Part shown: positions 52,779 to 60,674 of the stretch, one piece after another
How positions within the stretch are numbered: position 1 is the stretch's first letter
Layout: each line of letters opens with the position of its first letter
Source: Rhodobacterales bacterium
GTDB taxonomy: Bacteria > Pseudomonadota > Alphaproteobacteria > Rhodobacterales > Rhodobacteraceae
Length of the DNA stretch: 64,000 nt
Reading direction: 5' to 3'
Assembly (NCBI GenBank): GCA_038209775.1
Contig: JBBQXK010000008.1
Location: forward strand, 6,649-70,648
The notes under the pieces: model-generated
What the model was told of the DNA's origin: nothing
The model's database searches: none
Seen by the model: only the letters and a program-made list of their open reading frames with translations
Position numbers and translations under genes: made by a program

Positions 52779-53946
52779 CCTGACCGGCCACCCAAGCCGA
52801 CGACCAGGCCCATTGAAAGTTGTACCCCCCCAGCCACCCCGTCACATCGACCACCTCACCGATGAAGTGCAGCCCCGGCACCGCGCGCACCTCCATCGTG
52901 CGTGCGTCCAGTGCGTCGGTGTCGACGCCGCCCAGCGTGACCTCGGCGGTGCGGTAGCCTTCGGTGCCGACGGGTTTCAGTTCCATTGCATGGACTTGTG
53001 CGGCGATCCTGTCGAGGGTTGCATTACCCTGATCGGCCAGATTGCCTGTGGCGTTGCTGCGCTGTTCGACAAGGCGGGCCAGCCGTTCGGGCAGAACCTG
53101 CCCAAGGGCCGTGCGCAAGGCGATCCGGCCCGAGGTGGCCCGCTGGGCACGCAGATAGGCCGCCATATCGTGATCCCGCGCCAGATCGACCACCACGGGC
53201 ATGCCGGGCGACCAGTAGCTTGACGCCTGCAGCACCGCCGGGCCCGAAAGGCCACGATGGGTGAAAAGGATAGCCTCATCAAACCCTTGTCGGCCGGCAT
53301 TCACCCTGCCGTTGACAGACACCCCGGCCAATGGGCGCAGCCATTCAAGCTCTTGTTCGGCAAAGGTCAGGGGCACAAGCCCGGGGCTTGTTTCGACCAA
53401 GGGTACACCAAACGTGCGGGCAATGTCATAGCCCGCACCGGTGGCCCCCATCTTGGGAATGGACTTGCCGCCGGTGGCCACGACCACCCTGCCCGCCGTT
53501 ACCGTACCGCGTGAGGTTTCAACCGCAAAGCCTTGTTTATCTTTCATAACACTGGCGAAACTTGTGCCCGTCCACAGTGTGACCCCCGCCCGTTCGGCAT
53601 CGCTTCGCAACATGGTCACGATCTGTTTCGCCGACCCGTCGCAGAACAACTGCCCCAGCGTCTTTTCATGCCAGGCAATGCCCGCCGCGTCGACACGCGC
53701 GATGAAATCGCGTGCGGTGAACCGGCGCAGTGCGGATATCGCAAAGCGCGGGTTGCGGCCCAGGAACCGGGCCGGGTCCACCCCCAGATTGGTGAAGTTG
53801 CACCGCCCCCCGCCCGAGATCCGGATCTTTTCGCCGACCGTCGCGCCATGCTCGATCAACAGCACGCGGCGGCCGCGCCGTGCCGCCTCGGCCGCGCAGA
53901 ACAGTCCCGCTGCCCCTGCCCCAAGAATGACGACATCAACCTGCAT
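52771..53946 (-). CDS. NAD(P)/FAD-dependent oxidoreductase (HI0933/BaiN-like flavoprotein)
   Basis: N-terminal VVILGAGAAGLFCA dinucleotide motif, GGGRCN and a C-terminal GE..DV.G..GGYN.Q.A..SG block. Confidence 0.85.
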   Translation of the reverse strand: MQVDVVILGAGAAGLFCAAEAARRGRRVLLIEHGATVGEKIRISGGGRCNFTNLGVDPARFLGRNPRFAISALRRFTARDFIARVDAAGIAWHEKTLGQLFCDGSAKQIVTMLRSDAERAGVTLWTGTSFASVMKDKQGFAVETSRGTVTAGRVVVATGGKSIPKMGATGAGYDIARTFGVPLVETSPGLVPLTFAEQELEWLRPLAGVSVNGRVNAGRQGFDEAILFTHRGLSGPAVLQASSYWSPGMPVVVDLARDHDMAAYLRAQRATSGRIALRTALGQVLPERLARLVEQRSNATGNLADQGNATLDRIAAQVHAMELKPVGTEGYRTAEVTLGGVDTDALDARTMEVRAVPGLHFIGEVVDVTGWLGGYNFQWAWSSAWVAGQAV

Positions 53947-54047
53947 GTTGCAGGACTACCCTGCCCGAAAGGCCCCCGCAACCACCGGGCAAGGCACCCG
54001 AAACACCCTTGCAGCCCCGGGCAGGCTTCGCTAGAAGAACCGCCAGT

Positions 54048-54122
54048 TGGGGCGTCGCCAAGCGGTAAGGCATCGGTTTTTGGTACCGACATACCTAGGT
54101 TCGAATCCTAGCGCCCCAGCCA
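54048..54122 (+). tRNA. tRNA-Gln (anticodon TTG)
   Basis: Almost co-linear with E. coli tRNA-Gln: TGGGGCG-TC-GCCAAGCGGTAAGGC-A-TCGGT-TT-TTG-GT-ACCGA-CATAC-CTAGG-TTCGAAT-CCTAG-CGCCCCA-G-CCA. Confidence 0.95.
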
Positions 54123-54128
54123 ACATTC

Positions 54129-54749
54129 CTATTCTTCGGGTGCGTCGTCGTCGCCCACATCTTCGACCACCAGCGCCGGTTTTGCCTTGCGTGCGGCGCG
54201 TTCGGCATCGGTCGGGGTGACCGGAACGCCGGTTGCGCCGACGAACTGCGGGTTGGGTGACGGTGTCGCACCCGAGGGCGGGAATGGCGTCAGCGACACC
54301 GCGCGGAAGATGTCCGGCCCAAGCGTGACGCCCGCGTCACCCACATCAACCTCGACCCGGTAGGGCAAGGGGATCGGGGCGCTGTAGGCGAAGAACACCA
54401 GCCTGGTGCCTTGATAGGCGGGCGCGGTGATCCCTGCGAAATCGGGCATCCCGTGATCGCGCAGGCGGTAGACGCCGGCCTTCCACGCCGCACCCGGGTC
54501 TTCGCCCGCCACCTGTGCGCGATACGACGCCTCATACCCTGCCGGGTCGGTGATCACGCGGTAATCGGTGCCGCTGGCAAAATGCGCCACTGCGCGCGCC
54601 ATGGACGTGGCCGCATCCGGATGCAGCAGGCCCGGCGCCGCCGCCACCAGTGCGGCCAGCGAGCCGACTTCGGTATCGCCTTCGACGATGACCACGCTCT
54701 GGCTTGCGTCGTCCACGCCGAGAACCACCTGAGGAATGCCGTCTGTCAT
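54129..54749 (-). CDS. Hypothetical 206-aa protein with an acidic C-terminal tail, partner of the large upstream protein
   Basis: AAGGA lies 8-9 nt upstream of the ATG, within a 28-nt AT-rich spacer after the upstream stop. Host-like GC3. No signal peptide, TM segment or recognisable family. The stop is 7 nt from the tRNA-Gln 3' end. Confidence 0.6.
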   Translation of the reverse strand: MTDGIPQVVLGVDDASQSVVIVEGDTEVGSLAALVAAAPGLLHPDAATSMARAVAHFASGTDYRVITDPAGYEASYRAQVAGEDPGAAWKAGVYRLRDHGMPDFAGITAPAYQGTRLVFFAYSAPIPLPYRVEVDVGDAGVTLGPDIFRAVSLTPFPPSGATPSPNPQFVGATGVPVTPTDAERAARKAKPALVVEDVGDDDAPEE

Positions 54750-54777
54750 GTGTTTTTCCTTTTTGTATCAGGTGTTG

Positions 54778-57700
54778 TCAGTCGATCTTCGCCCATTCGG
54801 CATCAATCCAGTCGCGCGTGACCTTTATCAAAGACCCGGGCGGCACGATTTTCTGCCACATGACCGGATCGCCTGTGTTGGGATCAGGTGCGATGACAAA
54901 GAACCTGTGATCCGCGCCGCTGCCCCAGTTGGTATCGGCAATCACAAACTCGGGTGCGCCGAGGTCGGTCATCATCCGCTGGGTCAGCTTGTCGGTCAGG
55001 ACCTTTTCATAGGCGGCGGCCTCTTCGACCTTGCGCTTGTCGAAATCGGTGTCCGACACCACTTCACCCTTGTCGGTCTTGCCCTTCTTCCAGTCCGCGG
55101 CATCCTTGTCACCGCGGATCTTGTTGGCGTCCTTGCTTGCCGCCTTGACGGCAGCCGTCAGTTCGGCCGGGGTTACCGGAGCCGTCGGTTTGTGGGCGGC
55201 GATGCCGTCGGTGTAGGCCTTTTTGAGTTCGGGGGTCTTTGCCCCGTCAAGCCAGGGCTGCAGTTCCTTCATGAACATCTCGACCGCCTTGTCGACGGGC
55301 ACCTTGGTGTCGCGCAGATCGCGGCCGGGTTTCAGAAGATTGTCCTCCATCGCCTTGTCGCGCTTGGTCTGGGTGTCGCCCTTGAGTTTGTCCAGCGACG
55401 GGTGGTTCGGCAGGGCGTTGAAGCCGTGCATGCCGACGGTGCGCAGGGTGATCATGTCGTCGGTCTTGCCGGTCATGCCGGTCATAAAGCCCGCGAGAAG
55501 ATCCTTGGTGCGGGTGGGCTCATCCGGTGGCGGTTTACCGGCCCCGGCGGTCATCTGCGTTTGGCTCAGGGTGGCACCGTGCAGGGCCTGCGTCGCTTCG
55601 GTGGTCTGGCCGCCGCTGCCAAGTTCCCAGGGCAGGTATTCATCGTCTTTCGCGGCGCCGAACACCTGGGTTACGGCGTTGATGAAGGCGTCGGATTTCA
55701 CATGATCCTTGACCGTGGCAGCCTCGGGCGCATCCTTGTCGATGCCAAGGGATGCCAATGCGACGGTTGTCATCGCTTCGATGAAGTCTTCCTTCTTGCG
55801 GATTTCCTTTTCGGGGCTGAGCAGCTTGAGGATATAGCGCCCGCGATCGGACGAGCCGTCGTTGCTGTCTTTGACCTCGTCCATCGGGTCGTAGATGAAG
55901 CTGAAGGCCGCGGCCACGTCACCCTTCAGCTTGGTCAGGCGCAGCGCCGCTTTCTTGTCTTCCTCTTCTTGCTTCTTTTTCTGTTCTTCGGGCGGCAAGC
56001 CGCTGTTTCCAGACAGGTTCTTGGTCTTGATCGCGTCGCTCAGCGTGGTCAGGCCCGCGTTGTTGGCTGACCCGAGGCTGGCCTTGGTGGAACTGGTGGC
56101 GCGCTGTGCGGTCGAGGTGGCCAGCGAATATTCCCAACTGCGCATGACCGGATCGTCGCCGGGGGGCGTGTTGGTGACGACGGCCACTTCGGGGCCAAAG
56201 GGCGGCTTGTACTTGCCGGTGCCCGCGATCTGGGCATAGGCCCCCATCGCGCCCAAGGGATCGGTTTCGCGCATCCGCCGCGTCGGTGCCGTGGAAAAGC
56301 ACGATCCGACCGGCCCCTGATCCAGAGGTTTGAGCATCGAGGCCATGACCGAATTGCGGACGTCGTCCTTGTCCACCGCATCGGTATCGCCCTTGCCCGT
56401 GGCGCGGCGGACAAGGCTTTGTGCATTGGGATCAGTCGGTTCCGGCACACCCTTCAAGATATCGCCGGCCTTTGTCGCGTTGGCGGGATCCTTGAGGAAC
56501 CCTACGGTCTTGAGCATATGCGACGACAGCGCCGGGCGCGGGTTCGACAGGACATCGGGGTTGAACAGCGCGTCGCCGATGGCACCCTTGGCCTCGTCGC
56601 TGTCAACATCGACTGACCCGTCGTCCTTGACCATGGCTTTGCCGACCGACATCGTCCGGCGCTGTTCAAGTTCGCCAAAGCTGCCCGATCCCGCCTCACC
56701 CGTCGGATCATCACCGAACTGGCGACCGGTGGCCATGTAGCCATCGATCCGGTCAAAGTATTCCGGGCCGACGCTGCCACCCATCTTTAGCAACTGGTCG
56801 GCGTACTTTGCCGAATATTCCTCGGACATCGTCGAGGTGCCGTCGGTGAACCCTGCATCCTTGAGGTCGATCATCTTGCCAAGGTTGCCCGCCACCGCCT
56901 CGTGGTGATCGCCGGTACGGACGGATTCGAGGGCCGTGGCCGTCAGGTCGGGGTCGCGGCTCGCACCCTTGATGATTTCCAGCGCCCCCCCGCCCGAGAA
57001 TTTCTTGGGTGCGTTTGGCGACAGCGGACCGGTCGTGATCGCATCTTCGATCACCTTCTTGCCCTTGGCGGCCTTTTCATAGGCTTGCGCCTTGGACAGC
57101 GCCGCCTGCGCGTCGGCGATGGCCTTTTGCGCGGCCTTGACGGCCTTGTTGCGCTTGCCGCCCTTGCGCATCGCGTTGGCGTCTTCAAGGGCCTGTTGCG
57201 CATCCGACAGCAAGGTCTTGGCGGCGCCGGTATCTTCGGATGCCTTGGCCAGCACCTCGGGGGTGATTTCGATGTCACCGCCCAGGGTTTCGTCAAAATC
57301 CTGAAGTGCCGCCTGCGCGGCAAGTGCGGCCTCGGGATAGTCGCCCGCGATGGCCAGAAGTTTGGCGTTGTCCTTCACGAACTCGGCCGCCTTGCCGAGA
57401 CCGTCCTTGACCGCCTGGCTGATCTTGTCGACCAGCGACATCACGTCACCCACGATGCCGCCACCGCCTTCAACGGTGTCTTCAGTCTTTTTGCCGCCAA
57501 AGACGCCCTTCACCGTTTCCTTGATCTTCTTGAAGATGTTGCCATCACCCGCGCCGTCACCTTCGGGGCCTGCCAGTCCGTCGCCCTGCGGCGGGCCACC
57601 GGCGTTGTCGTTGCCCTGCGGCGGCGGCGGTGCCGTTGGCGGCTGCACGCCGGTGTCGCCCGGCTGGGCCTTGGCGAGTTCCGAGGTCGCCATGTTGCGC

Positions 57701-58554
57701 AACAGCGACAGGATCTGTCCCGATTTCTTGAGGTCACGCTCAATCTCGGCCTTGAACATGCCGATAAGCGAGGTCACCTTGCCGGTCACAGCCTTGTCCG
57801 CACCTTGAAGCAACGTGCGAAGATCGCCGCCCATCACACTGAATTCCTGCACAAGCTTTTCGCGCAGACCAGCCTCGTTCTCACCGCTGTTGTTGCCGCC
57901 GCCGGCCAATTGCCGCAGACCGGCCTCAACCGCCTCGATCAGCTTTTCAGCGCGGTCAAGGCCCGCATTTGCCATCTCGGTGGCGGCGGTCTGGACGGCC
58001 TTTGACAGCTTGTCGACACCCGGCAGGGCGCGGGCAGCGGCGTCGCGCAACTGGGGCACGATTGCCTTGATGCGGTTCGCCAGCGCCGCCTTGCGCGCGG
58101 CATCGGGATCGTCCTGCGTCTGGGCCGCCTCGGCCACGGTTTCGGCAACCGCGACCTCATTCCCCTCGGTCACTTCGACGTTGCCGTCGTCATCGCTGTC
58201 TTCGATGCGCTGGCCGTTCGGCAGGATCACCACCACCTTCAGCGGCAGTTTCATCGACATGAAGTGCTTTTTGGCCAGTTTCGGCAGGTTGGCAGGGAAT
58301 TCGTCTGTCGTGACCGTCATCTCCAGCGTCTTGCCAGAGGCGGTCATCGTGCCCGTCATCGAAATGGCGGGAAGGCCGCCTGCATCCTTGGCGGCGCGGA
58401 ACATGACATCGCAGCTTTTCAGCGGATGCGCCTTGAGAACCACGCCCTCTTTTGCCTTGAGAAGGGCAAAGTTATGGGGCTTTTTCTTGCAGTCCCTGAC
58501 GATCTCTTCCAGTTCGGCAACCGAATTGCCGATCGTGGCGTCATCCTTGGCCAT
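54778..58554 (-). CDS. Large (about 1,258 aa) uncharacterised multidomain protein with a Pro/Gly-rich linker and a putative papain-like Cys motif
   Basis: Single uninterrupted ORF (the track gives 54778..58632). GGAGG lies 6 nt upstream of ATG 58554 (MAKDDATIG...). Lys/Asp/Ala-rich. No signal peptide, TM segment, P-loop, RTX, Rhs or YD motifs seen. LDQGPVGSCFSTAP motif at 56284..56325. Confidence 0.8.
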   Translation of the reverse strand: MAKDDATIGNSVAELEEIVRDCKKKPHNFALLKAKEGVVLKAHPLKSCDVMFRAAKDAGGLPAISMTGTMTASGKTLEMTVTTDEFPANLPKLAKKHFMSMKLPLKVVVILPNGQRIEDSDDDGNVEVTEGNEVAVAETVAEAAQTQDDPDAARKAALANRIKAIVPQLRDAAARALPGVDKLSKAVQTAATEMANAGLDRAEKLIEAVEAGLRQLAGGGNNSGENEAGLREKLVQEFSVMGGDLRTLLQGADKAVTGKVTSLIGMFKAEIERDLKKSGQILSLLRNMATSELAKAQPGDTGVQPPTAPPPPQGNDNAGGPPQGDGLAGPEGDGAGDGNIFKKIKETVKGVFGGKKTEDTVEGGGGIVGDVMSLVDKISQAVKDGLGKAAEFVKDNAKLLAIAGDYPEAALAAQAALQDFDETLGGDIEITPEVLAKASEDTGAAKTLLSDAQQALEDANAMRKGGKRNKAVKAAQKAIADAQAALSKAQAYEKAAKGKKVIEDAITTGPLSPNAPKKFSGGGALEIIKGASRDPDLTATALESVRTGDHHEAVAGNLGKMIDLKDAGFTDGTSTMSEEYSAKYADQLLKMGGSVGPEYFDRIDGYMATGRQFGDDPTGEAGSGSFGELEQRRTMSVGKAMVKDDGSVDVDSDEAKGAIGDALFNPDVLSNPRPALSSHMLKTVGFLKDPANATKAGDILKGVPEPTDPNAQSLVRRATGKGDTDAVDKDDVRNSVMASMLKPLDQGPVGSCFSTAPTRRMRETDPLGAMGAYAQIAGTGKYKPPFGPEVAVVTNTPPGDDPVMRSWEYSLATSTAQRATSSTKASLGSANNAGLTTLSDAIKTKNLSGNSGLPPEEQKKKQEEEDKKAALRLTKLKGDVAAAFSFIYDPMDEVKDSNDGSSDRGRYILKLLSPEKEIRKKEDFIEAMTTVALASLGIDKDAPEAATVKDHVKSDAFINAVTQVFGAAKDDEYLPWELGSGGQTTEATQALHGATLSQTQMTAGAGKPPPDEPTRTKDLLAGFMTGMTGKTDDMITLRTVGMHGFNALPNHPSLDKLKGDTQTKRDKAMEDNLLKPGRDLRDTKVPVDKAVEMFMKELQPWLDGAKTPELKKAYTDGIAAHKPTAPVTPAELTAAVKAASKDANKIRGDKDAADWKKGKTDKGEVVSDTDFDKRKVEEAAAYEKVLTDKLTQRMMTDLGAPEFVIADTNWGSGADHRFFVIAPDPNTGDPVMWQKIVPPGSLIKVTRDWIDAEWAKID

Positions 58555-58739
58555 CAATTCCCTCCAAAACGGCAGGTTCCGGGGCCGGTCACGCACAATT
58601 TCCGGTACGGAACAGATCACAACAATCGTCATGTCCTAGCATGCTGCCGGTCGGCCTGTAAACCGGCTTGATCGGGTTTCCGGTCACCGGGCAAGCCCGG
58701 GGGCGCGCGGAAATTCTGTGTGTCAACTGTATGACAGGA

Positions 58740-59846
58740 CTAGGATAATTCATCTTGAAGAAGGGTCTGCACCGATTGGGGCGGTACATTCTCTGCGACG
58801 AAGGCCTGCCCGATCCCGCGTGCCAGCACAAAGCGCAGGCGTCCGTCGATCACCTTCTTGTCCTGCCCCATCAGTGCCAGCAGCGCCGCCGCATCGGGCA
58901 GGTCGCCCGCAATGTCGCGCAGGCCCGATTTCATGCCCATCGCCACCAGATGCGCGCGCACGCGGCCAGGCTCTTCCTGCGCGTACAGGCCCAGCCGTTG
59001 GCTCAGATCAAAGGCCAGACCACAGCCGATGGCCACCCCTTCGCCATGCAGCAGCCGGTCGGAGTATCCGGTGGCCTTTTCCAGCGCGTGACAGAAGGTG
59101 TGCCCAAGGTTCAAAAGCGCGCGCTCGCCTTCTTCCGTCTCATCCCGTTCGACGATGCCCGCCTTCATCTGAACCGAGCGCAGGACGGCATGCTGGCGCA
59201 GGTCGCGGTTGCCAAGGGCTATGGCCGGGCCGTTGACCTCAAGCCAGTCGAAAAAGCCTGCGTCCCCGAGAAGGCCATACTTCACCACTTCGCCGTACCC
59301 CGCCAGAAGGTCGCGGCGCGGCAGCGTATCCAGAAGGGCGATGTCGGCCAAGACCAGCGAAGGCTGGTGAAACGCGCCGACCAGGTTCTTGCCCTGCCCC
59401 GTGTTGATGCCGGTCTTGCCGCCGACCGAACTGTCAACCTGTGCCAGAAGCGTTGTGGGGATCTGCACGAAGCGCACACCGCGGCGCAGGATGGCGGCGG
59501 CGAACCCCACCAGATCGCCGATAACGCCGCCGCCAAAGGCAACGACGACATCGCGACGCTCGACCTTCGCCTCCAAGAGCCATTCGACACAGCGGGCAAG
59601 CTGAGCCCAGCCCTTGGTCGCCTCGCCTGCAGGCAAGACCAGCGCCTGCACCGCGATGCCCTGGGCGGCAAAGGCACTGCGCAGCCGGTCCAGATGCAGC
59701 GCTGCGACGGTCTCGTCGGTCACCACCGCCACCCGCGGCCGCGTCAGAAGGGGGGCTATTTCCGCACCCGCGATATCGGTCAGACCGGGGCCGATCCGCA
59801 CGTCATAAGACCGGGCACCCAGTGCCACGCGAACGACATCGATCAT
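58740..59846 (-). CDS. aroB: 3-dehydroquinate synthase
   Basis: GGGVIGDL.GFAA, GGKTGIN and HT..HA.E metal-binding blocks. Overlaps aroK by 4 nt. Confidence 0.95.
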   Translation of the reverse strand: MIDVVRVALGARSYDVRIGPGLTDIAGAEIAPLLTRPRVAVVTDETVAALHLDRLRSAFAAQGIAVQALVLPAGEATKGWAQLARCVEWLLEAKVERRDVVVAFGGGVIGDLVGFAAAILRRGVRFVQIPTTLLAQVDSSVGGKTGINTGQGKNLVGAFHQPSLVLADIALLDTLPRRDLLAGYGEVVKYGLLGDAGFFDWLEVNGPAIALGNRDLRQHAVLRSVQMKAGIVERDETEEGERALLNLGHTFCHALEKATGYSDRLLHGEGVAIGCGLAFDLSQRLGLYAQEEPGRVRAHLVAMGMKSGLRDIAGDLPDAAALLALMGQDKKVIDGRLRFVLARGIGQAFVAENVPPQSVQTLLQDELS

Positions 59847-60388
59847 GTTGGCTCCAGCACATCAGGGCGGTTAAGGGCCAGCGCGGTTTCGACCTTGCGC
59901 GCCATGCCGTCAACCGAAAGATCGGTTTCCGAATCCACCGCCAGATCGGCCAACGCATAGACCGGCGTGCGCGCGGCATAAAGGGTGGCAAGGGTTTCGC
60001 GGGGGTTGGCGGTGCGCAACAGTGGCCTTGTGGATTTGTGGCGCACCCGCGACCACAAAAGATCAAGGTCGGCGCGCAGCCAGACCGACACGCCGTGCGC
60101 CGCAATCTCGGCCCGGTTCGGTTCCGCCATGAACGCACCACCGCCGGTCGACAGCACGCAAGGCGCGCCGCGCAACAGGCGGGCGATCACCTGCGCCTCT
60201 TTCAGGCGAAAGAACGGCTCGCCATCGCGGGCAAAGATTTCAGCGATGCTGCGATTGGCGGCGCGCACAATCTCGTCATCGGAATCAAGGATCGGCACGC
60301 CCAGATTGCGCGACAGGGCCGTGCCGATGGCCGTCTTGCCGGCACCCATCATGCCGACCAGCACCACCGACTTCAGCAACCGACCCAT
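59843..60388 (-). CDS. aroK: Shikimate kinase
   Basis: P-loop LVGMMGAGKT, DSD..I and GGG lid motifs. aroK-aroB operon. Confidence 0.93.
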   Translation of the reverse strand: MGRLLKSVVLVGMMGAGKTAIGTALSRNLGVPILDSDDEIVRAANRSIAEIFARDGEPFFRLKEAQVIARLLRGAPCVLSTGGGAFMAEPNRAEIAAHGVSVWLRADLDLLWSRVRHKSTRPLLRTANPRETLATLYAARTPVYALADLAVDSETDLSVDGMARKVETALALNRPDVLEPT

Positions 60389-60539
60389 CCGCGCCGCCCC
60401 CGGCTGTTACGGCGGTCCCTTGCCGCCCTGCCCGCTTTTGTGCCTGAATGGCGTGAACCCGGATGAAATGCCATATACAATCCGAAATGACAGGCGCAGG
60501 ACCAAACCTGTGCCGCCAATGAGTGCAGGCAGGGCGGAC

Positions 60540-60674
60540 ATGGGACGGATCATCAAGGCGGTGGCGGTGCTGGTGGTGCTGGGGTTCATCGGGCTGACGG
60601 CCTATGCCTATCTGGCCGACCTGACGCCCGCGCAGACCGAGGTGACCAAGCCGGTGGTGCTGGATGGGCAATAA
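60540..60674 (+). CDS. Candidate 44-aa single-pass membrane protein (MGRIIKAVAVLVVLGFIGLTAYAYLADLTPAQTEVTKPVVLDGQ)
   Basis: Hydrophobic helix and high GC3. It overlaps the start of the downstream 512-aa gene by 11 nt, which suggests translational coupling. An alternative ATG is at 60519. It is the tail of the artefactual ORF 59985..60674. Confidence 0.4.
   Translation: MGRIIKAVAVLVVLGFIGLTAYAYLADLTPAQTEVTKPVVLDGQ

Noticed and set aside
54112-58640. Possible att-like direct repeat of the tRNA-Gln 3' end at the far side of the two-gene module (TCCTAGC at 54107..54113 and at 58634..58640)
   Set aside because: Only 7 nt match, which is expected by chance over this distance. There is no integrase or excisionase. 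Third-codon GC of the module looks host-like. I therefore do not call it a genomic island.
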